This document shows positions 1 to 8,971 of a stretch of 64,000 nucleotides of DNA, one piece after another. This DNA is from a virus, in IMG/VR virus record IMGVR_UViG_3300034190_002401, positions 21,459 through 85,458 of that record. One strand, written 5' to 3'. The stretch's first letter is position 1. Each line of letters starts with the position of its first letter. The notes beneath the pieces are model-generated. The model saw only the letters and a list, made by a program, of their open reading frames with translations. It searched no databases and was not told the DNA's origin. Both the position numbers and the translations under genes were made by a program.

Positions 1-3000
1 CTCTTGATGCCGGTGACCTCGACCTCGACTATGTCACCCTCTTCAAATGATTTAGGGCTAGATACCGTCCCTACGTCTAGATACACCTCCCCCTCGTAGT
101 CTACTGTGGCATTCTCTATTCCCTCATCGTCAATCAGAGGTCCTGCGCCTAGCCTGTACGTGATGCTCTTCTTGCCTCTCTTATCGAGAATCCTGAGGTT
201 GACATTCTTGTTGGGTCTGAGTAGAACCCACTTCGGGTGTCTTTTCTCTCCCTTCATGTATGTGCTTTTACCGTCTCTGATGAGTAGGCAGTCATGTTCC
301 TCAAGAAGTGACTTTACCGTGTCTTCCAGACCATCATCGTCAGTCATGCGTGTGTCGTGTGGTCCGGGCACAGTGACGTTGTCGTATCCATCGAACTGTC
401 CCCTGAGTATCTTCAATCTCTCTTGAATAGTCATGTCGGTAACATCGGTGTCATCGTAGTAGGTGATGTCGATGATGTGCAACTCGTCATCTGAGAGTAT
501 ACCGTCCAAGGTGCAGTCCTTCTTTCCGAGATTATTGACACCATCCTTGACCCAATCAGGAATGCTCATTCTTGAGTTATGCTCGTTGTACGCTGATACC
601 TTGTCGTTTAACTTCATGACTACGACCCTCTCTCCCTCATACCACTTGGATACCACCCAAGAGCCAGTGAAACCCCTGAGTTGCTCCATGTCCTTGAAGT
701 TGAATATCCTGTGCATGGGTCGTATCGGTGGTACGAAGTTCGGTGTGTCATCCCCTTTCAGCATCAGTGAGTCTGGGTTGAGAAGGAAGGCTGCGTAGTC
801 CGACGGCTCGCTGGTTGTTATAGAGAAAGGCTGAGTTGCTGGGACAGTACCGTCTGGATAGGACATGAACTGATTAGCACCAGTCATAGAGATGTTCTGG
901 TCATCGAGGTTCTGGACTGCTGATGCAACTTCTCCCCCGAAGTGCCGTTGAATGATTGACATGGGTACTGCGTGCATAGGTTGGGGAGCGGCTGTCGGTC
1001 CTGACGTGAGTTCACCGAAGGTAGCATCGAAGGACTCGGCTGGTTTCCTGAGTCTGTGATTGCTGTGGTCCATAAGTCCTGAATACCCATAGATGTCCAT
1101 GACGGGTGAGCCTTGTACTCCTATAGGGTGCAAATCCCTTGCTCCGAATCCTATGGTCTCACTCTCAATCATAGCAGGTGACGATGACAGGTCGAAGTTG
1201 GGGTCATGCACGAAGAGGTCCTTACTCGCATGTTGGATGTAGTCTGCTCTTCTTTTCAAATCACCACCCTCTGCTTGACCACTTCGTCGTGCTTTGATTG
1301 GTTTATTGGAGAGCAGAGAGCGTCTTTCCTTACCCCTACCTATCTCAGGGGCTGCGAAGTACGTCAGACCTAGATTGTCCTGAACCTCCTTGGGAAGGCT
1401 GTTGACCTGACCCCTGAGTCCTCTTATCTGTGATTCTATGCGCTTTGTGTATCCAAGCCTTTCATCTCTGGAATGTTTGTACTTCTTCTCGTACTCCTCG
1501 TCGGAGAGCGTTTGGTCTCTAGAAGAAGCGAATAATTTACCAGCATGGTCGTGCATGTGTTCTATATCATCGTACCCTAAGAACATCCGTTGGTCCTTTC
1601 CTGCGTATAACTCAGGTGGGTTTGTAGTCATGGAGTTGAGGGACATCAGTACCCTGTGGTCATCCTCGTTGTTCGGGTCGAGTGATGCCTTTATCGAGTC
1701 CAGCACGTTTCCGTAGTGCGCTGAGTGATTACCATCCTCACCCATGCCTAGGTGTTTCACTAGGTCGTCTAGGGTTGTTTTCGAGTCTACTCTGAATCCG
1801 TGCTCTCGCATGTGCTCTGGTAGTCTGTGTAGGCCAGTCCTCTGCAATGGCGTTTCTATTTTATCTAAACCATGCTCCATCACCTTGAGGTTGTTTGTCC
1901 AAGTCTCACCGTTGGGTAGTTCTATCTCCGCTCCCCTCGGTAGGTGCATCAAGACCATGTTGGCATCCCTGAACAGGCCGTCAATCTCCGCATCCAAGTT
2001 GGGGTTGTCAGGGCTGAACGTGCCCTCTGGTTTGAGTTGCCTGAGAACCATCGCCATCTGTTCTATTGCTTTATGATGGGATTGTATCCTACTCATGTGC
2101 TGTCTCATGAGCGTACCTCCCATTCTGTCCTCTAGACCAAAGTGTGTTAGGAACTCCTCAACCGCCTCATCGTCTCCTGTCCTAGCACCGAATGACGGGA
2201 GATTCAACTTGAGGCTGGCTGGTGTCAAACCGAGCATACCAACGGGTCTCCCATCAGTTCCTCTTCCCATCATGGTTGCTATGGAATGAGACCAGAGATG
2301 CTGGAACTTGGAAACTTGGTCTGGGTCTATCTTCTCCTCGTAACTATCCTGCACGTTTTCCCCTGTCGGTAACTCCTCACCCACTCCTATGGTTGATGCT
2401 AGGTTCGTAGCGCCTATGTCTGCCTCTTTCTTGACTGACCTCTTGTACCCCTTGCCGTGCGGTATTCTTGAGTTGGTAGCACCTGAAGAGTACTGAGGTT
2501 TATTGATTCTGTAGTTCTTATTGTACTTCTCCACTAATTCCTCATCTGTCATTCTGGATATGACGTTGACCAGACCGGGTGATAGATGTGACAGGTTTGC
2601 CAGAATCTGGTTCTTCGGGGTTGTACCCTTTATCCCATTAACCTGAGACTGTCCGTACTTAGATAGTATATTTGCTGGGGTGTTGAAGACACCACGCTTG
2701 TGATTGAGGAAAGGTGCAATCATTCCTATGTTGAACTCATTGGGTGTTATGCGCTCACCATCTACCATCCCTAGATGACTCTCACCCTCTGCGTTTGAGA
2801 AGTGCCTGAAAATCATCTCCATCAACGTGTGTGGGTTTCTACCAAGACCACCAGCAGCGAAGGCCGGAGCGAAGAAAGCACCTAGGCCGTAGTGACCTGT
2901 GCTATCGGGAATCCTCAGGTCCTGCATGACCTCGGCCATCTCCGGGTCAATCTCGGACTCATCGAAGTACAGACCTCCATGTAGGAGCATGTCGTTGCGT

Positions 3001-4775
3001 ATGTCCTTGGCATCCTTGCCTAGGTCTCCTTGGGACTTGGCTTTGGCGAGCACCGACATGAGCGTGTCCCTGTCGAGCAGAGGACCTGAGAAGTTGGGAT
3101 AGTGATGGTTGTCATCCTCGCTCATCTCAGTCATGTCCTCGTTGTATCCCAATGCGTAGAGAATCTCCTTCTTGGATAGCCTATCTCCGTGACCTGTCCC
3201 TATTATGTCGTTGATGGACTTGTCATAGTGAGAGGCTATGGCATCCTCCTCGGATGCACCCTTGTTCTTCTTCTGGTATCCCTTGATTGACCTATCACTG
3301 TGCTTCGACAACTTGGGTAGGTGGTTGAACTCCTTGTGTGCCTTGCCGGTCTCCTTGTGGAAATGACCATCCTTGTCAAGGCCGTTCTCATCATTGGCTT
3401 TGACGAACTCCAGACCCAGAGCCTCTCTGAGATTGTTGTGTATGGTATCCCTATGCTCGAAATCGTCATCATGTACTATATCGTGAAGCGCTGCGAAGAA
3501 CTCGTCTTTCTGGTTGTCAGAGAGTTGCTCTTCGTTGTTCTCCTTATGGGGTATGACGTTCTCATTCGTGAAACCATGCTGCCTGCCACCCCAGTTGGAC
3601 ATCGCATTGAGTATGTGCTGTGTTGACCTCTTTATCCTCCCAGCGGATACCGTAGTGCCGTCTGGTAGTTTGATGTCTTGGTTTCCCACCTTGTCCAACC
3701 CATCCTGCATCTTGTTCATTATCGCTGTCCTCTCTCTGGGGGAGAACCACTGTAGTTGGTGTATGAAACCACCAAGACCCAGATTGTATCCGTGGTCGAT
3801 AGTCTCCGCTGGTGGCATCTTGCCTTCCTTGTCTGCTAGTGCGTAGTCGAAGGGTTGCTCCTTGACCTCGGTATCCACGTGCTTGTGATTCCAACTCCTA
3901 GCCCTGTCGTCTGCGTGTAGTTTCCTGAGAGCCAGTTCCTCCTGCGAGTGGAAATGACCTTCTGGTATCTCGTCTGACAGCCCCTCTGCTCTGGCATCTG
4001 CGATAGAGCCTGTCCTCCAAGACCCGTCGTGGTCCACCTCACCAGTCTCAGGGTTGATGCTCTTCCATTCCTCGTCACCACTGAGCCAGCGCTGGTAGTC
4101 CCTCTCGTACACGTCATGCATGGTCTTGAGCGATACGTCCTTCAAACCACCAAGAGGACCGAGACCGTGGAAGTTCCTGACTGTGTTGCCCTCTAGGTCC
4201 AACTTCTGCATTCCCTTGTGGTGTGGGCTGCCCTTCTTCCTGAGCATCTTGTCTTGCGCATGCTCCACAGCCGCTGATATCTTTCCGTGGGTCTTGTGGT
4301 TGGTGAGCGTGGGTAGCATCTGCCTGACCATCAAATCGTCCCTGACTGAGCGCCCTGATGGTAGCATTCTCTTCGATGGGTCGTAGAAACTGCTGAAGGG
4401 GTTGGACTTCGAGTCACCGTAGGGTGCTAGACCAATATCTGCGACCTCAAGGTCGTGATGGTGCGAAGTCCCTCTTCTCTTGACCCTGCCTCTCCAAGGT
4501 TGAGTCTTGGAGAGATGCTGCTGGTTCTGCTCGGCTTGCATGGCTAGGAATTGCTGTTTCGGTATGTATCCTTTACCACTGTAAGTCATTTTTCTGACGA
4601 AGGAGTTGCATATGTTCTCCTTCCAAGTAATGTCATTGGTGAAGCCATCCTGCTCCATCACCGCTTTGGCGATGACGTACTCCTCTATACTCTCATCTAC
4701 GTCTAATCCGTCTAGAATACTAAGCAGGAGTTGTTCTCTTGCCTTCACGAACGTGGATACTGAGTCTTCATACAC
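1..4775 (-). CDS. Giant (>1590 aa, runs off the left edge) head-module protein with a degenerate ATP-dependent DNA ligase-like domain near the window edge
   Basis: Missing from the ORF track because no stop lies in the window. Hand translation from GTG 4775 (GGTGG RBS) stays open: MYEDSVSTFVKAREQLL... Nucleotides ~730-1 encode WVVSKWYEGER, CTLDGIL, HIIDITYY, IQERLKIL, LLIRDGKSTYMKGEKRHPKWVLLRP and an OB-like GDIVEVEV, i.e. ligase motifs I, III, IIIa, IV and V. Confidence 0.8.
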   Translation of the reverse strand, partial: MYEDSVSTFVKAREQLLLSILDGLDVDESIEEYVIAKAVMEQDGFTNDITWKENICNSFVRKMTYSGKGYIPKQQFLAMQAEQNQQHLSKTQPWRGRVKRRGTSHHHDLEVADIGLAPYGDSKSNPFSSFYDPSKRMLPSGRSVRDDLMVRQMLPTLTNHKTHGKISAAVEHAQDKMLRKKGSPHHKGMQKLDLEGNTVRNFHGLGPLGGLKDVSLKTMHDVYERDYQRWLSGDEEWKSINPETGEVDHDGSWRTGSIADARAEGLSDEIPEGHFHSQEELALRKLHADDRARSWNHKHVDTEVKEQPFDYALADKEGKMPPAETIDHGYNLGLGGFIHQLQWFSPRERTAIMNKMQDGLDKVGNQDIKLPDGTTVSAGRIKRSTQHILNAMSNWGGRQHGFTNENVIPHKENNEEQLSDNQKDEFFAALHDIVHDDDFEHRDTIHNNLREALGLEFVKANDENGLDKDGHFHKETGKAHKEFNHLPKLSKHSDRSIKGYQKKNKGASEEDAIASHYDKSINDIIGTGHGDRLSKKEILYALGYNEDMTEMSEDDNHHYPNFSGPLLDRDTLMSVLAKAKSQGDLGKDAKDIRNDMLLHGGLYFDESEIDPEMAEVMQDLRIPDSTGHYGLGAFFAPAFAAGGLGRNPHTLMEMIFRHFSNAEGESHLGMVDGERITPNEFNIGMIAPFLNHKRGVFNTPANILSKYGQSQVNGIKGTTPKNQILANLSHLSPGLVNVISRMTDEELVEKYNKNYRINKPQYSSGATNSRIPHGKGYKRSVKKEADIGATNLASTIGVGEELPTGENVQDSYEEKIDPDQVSKFQHLWSHSIATMMGRGTDGRPVGMLGLTPASLKLNLPSFGARTGDDEAVEEFLTHFGLEDRMGGTLMRQHMSRIQSHHKAIEQMAMVLRQLKPEGTFSPDNPNLDAEIDGLFRDANMVLMHLPRGAEIELPNGETWTNNLKVMEHGLDKIETPLQRTGLHRLPEHMREHGFRVDSKTTLDDLVKHLGMGEDGNHSAHYGNVLDSIKASLDPNNEDDHRVLMSLNSMTTNPPELYAGKDQRMFLGYDDIEHMHDHAGKLFASSRDQTLSDEEYEKKYKHSRDERLGYTKRIESQIRGLRGQVNSLPKEVQDNLGLTYFAAPEIGRGKERRSLLSNKPIKARRSGQAEGGDLKRRADYIQHASKDLFVHDPNFDLSSSPAMIESETIGFGARDLHPIGVQGSPVMDIYGYSGLMDHSNHRLRKPAESFDATFGELTSGPTAAPQPMHAVPMSIIQRHFGGEVASAVQNLDDQNISMTGANQFMSYPDGTVPATQPFSITTSEPSDYAAFLLNPDSLMLKGDDTPNFVPPIRPMHRIFNFKDMEQLRGFTGSWVVSKWYEGERVVVMKLNDKVSAYNEHNSRMSIPDWVKDGVNNLGKKDCTLDGILSDDELHIIDITYYDDTDVTDMTIQERLKILRGQFDGYDNVTVPGPHDTRMTDDDGLEDTVKSLLEEHDCLLIRDGKSTYMKGEKRHPKWVLLRPNKNVNLRILDKRGKKSITYRLGAGPLIDDEGIENATVDYEGEVYLDVGTVSSPKSFEEGDIVEVEVTGIK

Positions 4776-4785
4776 ACGTTACCAC

Positions 4786-5253
4786 CTAGTCTCTATCTGG
4801 TTGTTTGTTGTCTGTGGAAACGTCACGGTCTTGGTCTCCGCTTTGATGTGCATTCATCCTCTTTGCAAGTTCTTCGACATTGAAGGAACTGGAAGTTGCA
4901 CCTTTGTTGGCTACGTCCTCCACCTCTAGTAGATGTCCGTTGGTCGAGTACCCTGCGCTCTTAGTCTGCCCACCAGTCTCTGATACGAAATGCATGCCTT
5001 CTGGTTTTGTGGAGAAAGTCTGTTCGTAGTGAGGTTGAGCAGATTTGTTGACTTTACCGTGAACCTTATCGCACTGTGCCTTCTCCTTCGCTGAACACTC
5101 AGAGTATTTCTTGCCAAAGTTCTTCATACAATACTTATCTTTTTCAGCCATGGAAGCCTTCTCTATGGCATCTGCTTTCTTTGCTAAATACTGTGCTTTC
5201 TTCAATAGTGCTTCTGCCTCACTGGAAACTTTTTCATATCTCGGTCTCATCAT
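4786..5253 (-). CDS. Hypothetical head-module protein
   Basis: 155-aa ORF in the operon, coupled to its neighbours; contains ALLKKA and IEKA. Confidence 0.7.
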   Translation of the reverse strand: MMRPRYEKVSSEAEALLKKAQYLAKKADAIEKASMAEKDKYCMKNFGKKYSECSAKEKAQCDKVHGKVNKSAQPHYEQTFSTKPEGMHFVSETGGQTKSAGYSTNGHLLEVEDVANKGATSSSFNVEELAKRMNAHQSGDQDRDVSTDNKQPDRD

Positions 5254-5600
5254 AATACCTCCACGTTCTTGGTGCTGTCTGCCAAATCGTGAATGTCATC
5301 CCAAGACATCTGGTGTACGTCTTCGTTGCTCATCACACCAATATCTACTCTTTTGCCTTTCAGTAGAGTAGCCTCTCCCATATCTAGGTCTGCTCTGAAA
5401 TTATCATTTTCTACATCCTCAGAGAGAGGTGTGTTGACTGATATGAAACCTGCTCTCTTGAGTAGGTTTCCGGGTCGTTGAATCATTTTCTTGAGTTCTA
5501 TGTTCTCTTGTTTCAAACTATCGAGAGAACGGTCCATGGACTCCATCTTGTTGATTAGAGCATTCATTAACCGCTCTGTTCCACTCTCTTCGGTTGTCAC
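5250..5600 (-). CDS. Hypothetical coiled-coil protein (scaffold-like)
   Basis: 116 aa, heptad pattern LDSLKQENIELKKMI, downstream of portal. Confidence 0.7.
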   Translation of the reverse strand: MTTEESGTERLMNALINKMESMDRSLDSLKQENIELKKMIQRPGNLLKRAGFISVNTPLSEDVENDNFRADLDMGEATLLKGKRVDIGVMSNEDVHQMSWDDIHDLADSTKNVEVL

Positions 5601-5609
5601 AGTTAATCC

Positions 5610-5966
5610 TCACTCTGGTCTGTATGCTCTTCCGAAAGTACCAGTGTGGGGTCTCATCCTGCTGTTGCTTCGTGCAGAAATGACTGTGCCCGGCAACTGA
5701 CTGTCTCTTTGATTGACATCGAAATTAGTGCCTCTCTCATTGAACTTCATAGGTGCTACACCATTTACGTATTCGGAAAGCGGGTTATCCGCTTTGGTTA
5801 GTTTGACACTTAGGTCCTCGTGCAGGTATCCACCGAACTTCAGCATCTCCTCTAGATGTTGTTTCGCATCATCTGCGTTTCCATTTTCAAAAGCCTTGGT
5901 GAAGGCTTCTGCATGCACGTTTAACTTCCTAGCCATCGGGTCTAACTTCAATAGGTCCATACTCAC
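5610..5966 (-). CDS. Hypothetical head-module protein
   Basis: 118 aa, preceded by a TATA-like ATAATTAAAGGAACAAC about 24 nt upstream. Confidence 0.7.
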   Translation of the reverse strand: MSMDLLKLDPMARKLNVHAEAFTKAFENGNADDAKQHLEEMLKFGGYLHEDLSVKLTKADNPLSEYVNGVAPMKFNERGTNFDVNQRDSQLPGTVISARSNSRMRPHTGTFGRAYRPE

Positions 5967-5981
5967 TCGTGCCCTCCGAAG

Positions 5982-5999
5982 TGTTGTTCCTTTAATTAT
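5982..5999 (-). promoter_or_regulatory. Putative TATA promoter, variant of the viral TTTAAAGGAACA motif
   Basis: Minus strand reads ATAATTAAAGGAACAACA, about 24 nt before the GTG at 5966. Confidence 0.5.
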
Positions 6000-6001
6000 C
6001 C

Positions 6002-7750
6002 TTATGCACCACGAGGGCGTTTTGCGTCTGAAATGCCACGTTGTGCTCTCTGAACGGGAGTTTGTTGTGGTCCTCTCTGTTGAACGTTGGAAAACGGTGA
6101 ACCTGCTCCTGCTGTGGCTCTTTGTTCAGGCCTTGCTGGTGGTGCGTTTCTGATACCCATACCTTCACCACCGGGATTTGCTATTCCGGGCGGCATACCC
6201 TGTACTCTCTGCATGACTCCGGGCGGCATTGCCCCTCCCGGTGGCATTCCGGGTGGCATTCCGGGTGGCATTCCGGGTGGCATTCCGGGTGGCATCATAG
6301 GCATACCACCACCTCCGGGTGGCATTCCCTGTCCTTCCATCGGGTCTATCTTCTTGTATACGAAGCGAATGTCCCTCTCTCCTTCTTCGAGTAGTTCGGG
6401 TTTGTAGCCGAGCATCATCATTCGTTGTGCTAGGTTGGCTTCCATCTCGTCTCTCCTGAGTCTGGTTATCTCGTCTTCTTCCTCGTTCGGGTAGAGAGTC
6501 AGTTTCCAGTCGTTGACTCCCATCTCCTTGAGCATACGTGGGAAGAGAACATCGGTGTATACCTTCTGACCATACTCCACAGCCCGATTGGTAACGAGAA
6601 TCTGCATACCCTCGTTGTTGAGACCGCCACTCTTACCGTTGTCAATCATGAAGACTGCTGATACCCCATAGAATGCTGCTATCCTGTTTCTCATTTCGTC
6701 ACGGACAGCGATGTACTGCATCTCCTCAAGGGTGTCCATGAACTTAATCCAATTGACACCCCCTCTTCCACTGGAACTCTCGATACCGACCTTGGGAATG
6801 TAGTGAGGGTCTCTCTCCATCTTCTCATCGACTGTCTTCCAGAAGGATTTCATCGACTCTAGATTGTCGGTCGTGACTGATATGATTCCCTTGGGTGCTC
6901 TTCTTTTCTGATAGGATGTGTACATGTAATTGTCCATCGCTGTGAGTGTCATGGCCTGTCTCCACATCGTGTTGACTGGACTTCTTCCGTAGAGTTTCGA
7001 GGGATTGTACTTGCTGACGTGCAGCACCTCGCCCTTGAGGTAGTACTGACTCTTGCCGCTACCAGCCATGTTGATGTAGTGCACGTCTTCCATCTGCCCA
7101 CCGCAGACTTGGCAGTCACCCTCTTGACCGGGATAGGACACCTCTGTCCTGTGCAATGGGCAGACCTTGTACCTGCCACCTCTGACTCCTCTCTTGTCTG
7201 ATACTATACGCATGAATATGGGGTCGCCACGAATGAGTTCCTTGACTCTGAAGAACTGTATCTCTCCATCATCTGGGTCAACGTAGTACTCCTTCACTAT
7301 AATTAGAAATGCGTCGTCAACGACATTGAGGTCTTTCTCTATCTCATACAGAACATGCATGAAATCTTGCTCCATCGAGTTCTGCTCCTTGAGAAGCCAT
7401 CTTGGGTAGACAATCTCGTCTGGGCTTGGTGGTCTTACCGGACTTTGACATGATGTGCACATCTCTATGTCATGTTGGTATTCCTCGCCGCAGGTGTCAC
7501 ACTTGAATCTGAATCTCTTTTCCCAGAAGTACCCTCTCCTGAATATCTCCTGCTGTAGTTTTGACAGGACTGTTCTGAGAATCAGGTTCTCATGTGATAC
7601 AGCGTACAAGGCTGGGATGGTAATACCCTGTGCCAACACTGGTTCTTGTATACCAGTGGTATACAGGGGCATTTGTGGTTGAGGGGTGGTTCGCCTCTTG
7701 AAGGGGTTCAAAGAGTCTAGGAATCTTCTAACAGGACTCTCATCTGCCAT
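6002..7750 (-). CDS. Portal protein (HK97-like) with Cys-rich inserts and a Pro/Gly/Met tail
   Basis: EVLHVSKYNPSKLYGRSP and RIAAFYGVSAVFM are portal-family motifs; lies two genes downstream of TerL. Confidence 0.85.
   Translation of the reverse strand: MADESPVRRFLDSLNPFKRRTTPQPQMPLYTTGIQEPVLAQGITIPALYAVSHENLILRTVLSKLQQEIFRRGYFWEKRFRFKCDTCGEEYQHDIEMCTSCQSPVRPPSPDEIVYPRWLLKEQNSMEQDFMHVLYEIEKDLNVVDDAFLIIVKEYYVDPDDGEIQFFRVKELIRGDPIFMRIVSDKRGVRGGRYKVCPLHRTEVSYPGQEGDCQVCGGQMEDVHYINMAGSGKSQYYLKGEVLHVSKYNPSKLYGRSPVNTMWRQAMTLTAMDNYMYTSYQKRRAPKGIISVTTDNLESMKSFWKTVDEKMERDPHYIPKVGIESSSGRGGVNWIKFMDTLEEMQYIAVRDEMRNRIAAFYGVSAVFMIDNGKSGGLNNEGMQILVTNRAVEYGQKVYTDVLFPRMLKEMGVNDWKLTLYPNEEEDEITRLRRDEMEANLAQRMMMLGYKPELLEEGERDIRFVYKKIDPMEGQGMPPGGGGMPMMPPGMPPGMPPGMPPGMPPGGAMPPGVMQRVQGMPPGIANPGGEGMGIRNAPPARPEQRATAGAGSPFSNVQQRGPQQTPVQRAQRGISDAKRPRGA
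6240..6295. repeat. 12-bp tandem repeat GGTGGCATTCCG, about 4.7 copies (encodes MPPG repeats)
   Basis: Directly visible in the sequence. Confidence 0.95.
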
Positions 7751-8888
7751 CTACATCACCCACCTGTTTAGCAGAGTCGTGTAGAGCGTCGTGCTTGAGT
7801 GTTTCCATCTTTTCAAGGACATATTCGGCTTGTTGCCTCTTGGAGGATAGGTATGGTAGCATGTTCTTGAGGATATTAGACACCTCATTGTCCATGCTGA
7901 AGATGAGGCGGTGTTGAGTTGTATGTTGTTTCGAGATTTTTCTATTGAGTTGCAGAGAGCCACCTTGAATCATCTTGTGCAATTGCTCGCAATGCACCTT
8001 GCCTCTTTTTCCCGGTGATATGAAACCCAGTGAGACCTCACCTCGCTCAGAGATTTTGATGAAACCATCCGACTCTAGGAAGTCAGCGGCATATGACCAA
8101 GGATTCTTGATGATGATTCCATCGTCATGCATCTTGACGAATGTGCCCTTCTTAGGACCGCTGATGATATCGTACTCCTCACCGTACATCGAGAGCAACT
8201 TGGACAACTTGCCTGTGGTCATGCTCTTGTGCAAGACCGATTCATCCAGCATTCTCTCCTGTAGTCTCCTGCTGGAAAGAGCACCTTCTAATTGTAGTAT
8301 ATGTGATGCCTTGATTAGTGTGTCCTGCTCCTTCTGTGTCAGACGTTCAGATTGATGTAGAGTGCTTCTCCACATTTTCTTGGCATCGGTTTTGCTCTGC
8401 ATTGCAGTTGCCCAAGCCTGTGATTCATGTTCTCCCCATACATCTGTGAATTGGTCTAGCATCTTCAATGATGAGTCTGCGCTGTCCCATAGATTACAGG
8501 CTTGTATGAGACCGACTCTTCGACTCTCACCGAATCTCCTGAGGCTCTTGAGGTCTCTATCACTAGCACCAAGTTGCTTTATGGTGCTCTCTTTGCCGTT
8601 TGCCCAAGATATTCCTTTGAGTGTGGTCTTCACCTCTAGCGCCTTGAGTGTCCTAACATCGTCAATCAATAGGTCGATGTCGGCCTTTACGTCCTTGTTG
8701 TTTCTCCTCATCTTCCTAAGTCTCAATACGAAATCGGAAGCACTGCAACCCAGATGAGTCTCGAACCAACCGTTGCCTGTATTGGAGAATGCGTATGAGG
8801 GTGTGAACTTCTCCTCTTCCTTCTGTATGGTTTCAGTCTGGAAGTCTATGTCTTCCTTCAGTATTGCACTATACCAGATTGTCTTCAC
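7740..8888 (-). CDS. Protein with a C-terminal LAGLIDADG-like domain
   Basis: YAADFLESDGFI and MLPYLSSKRQQAEYVL resemble a single-motif LAGLIDADG endonuclease. Confidence 0.6.
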   Translation of the reverse strand: MKTIWYSAILKEDIDFQTETIQKEEEKFTPSYAFSNTGNGWFETHLGCSASDFVLRLRKMRRNNKDVKADIDLLIDDVRTLKALEVKTTLKGISWANGKESTIKQLGASDRDLKSLRRFGESRRVGLIQACNLWDSADSSLKMLDQFTDVWGEHESQAWATAMQSKTDAKKMWRSTLHQSERLTQKEQDTLIKASHILQLEGALSSRRLQERMLDESVLHKSMTTGKLSKLLSMYGEEYDIISGPKKGTFVKMHDDGIIIKNPWSYAADFLESDGFIKISERGEVSLGFISPGKRGKVHCEQLHKMIQGGSLQLNRKISKQHTTQHRLIFSMDNEVSNILKNMLPYLSSKRQQAEYVLEKMETLKHDALHDSAKQVGDVDGR

Positions 8889-8961
8889 CCCAGTATGTGT
8901 AGAAAACGCCTGTCGTATTGTCTGATATGTTTGTACTGCTGTTACTCTCGTATTTCGCCAT
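8869..8961 (-). CDS. Putative 30-aa peptide MAKYESNSSTNISDNTTGVFYTYWGEDNLV
   Basis: ATG with a GAGGTGA RBS just after the TerL stop; fills the gap to the next gene. Confidence 0.4.
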   Translation of the reverse strand: MAKYESNSSTNISDNTTGVFYTYWGEDNLV

Positions 8962-8971
8962 CTCTCTCACC

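Noticed and set aside
106-4929. Many short plus- and minus-strand ORFs listed in the track
   Set aside because: They are shadows of the single long minus-strand ORF 4775 to <1, which the track omitted for lack of a stop codon.
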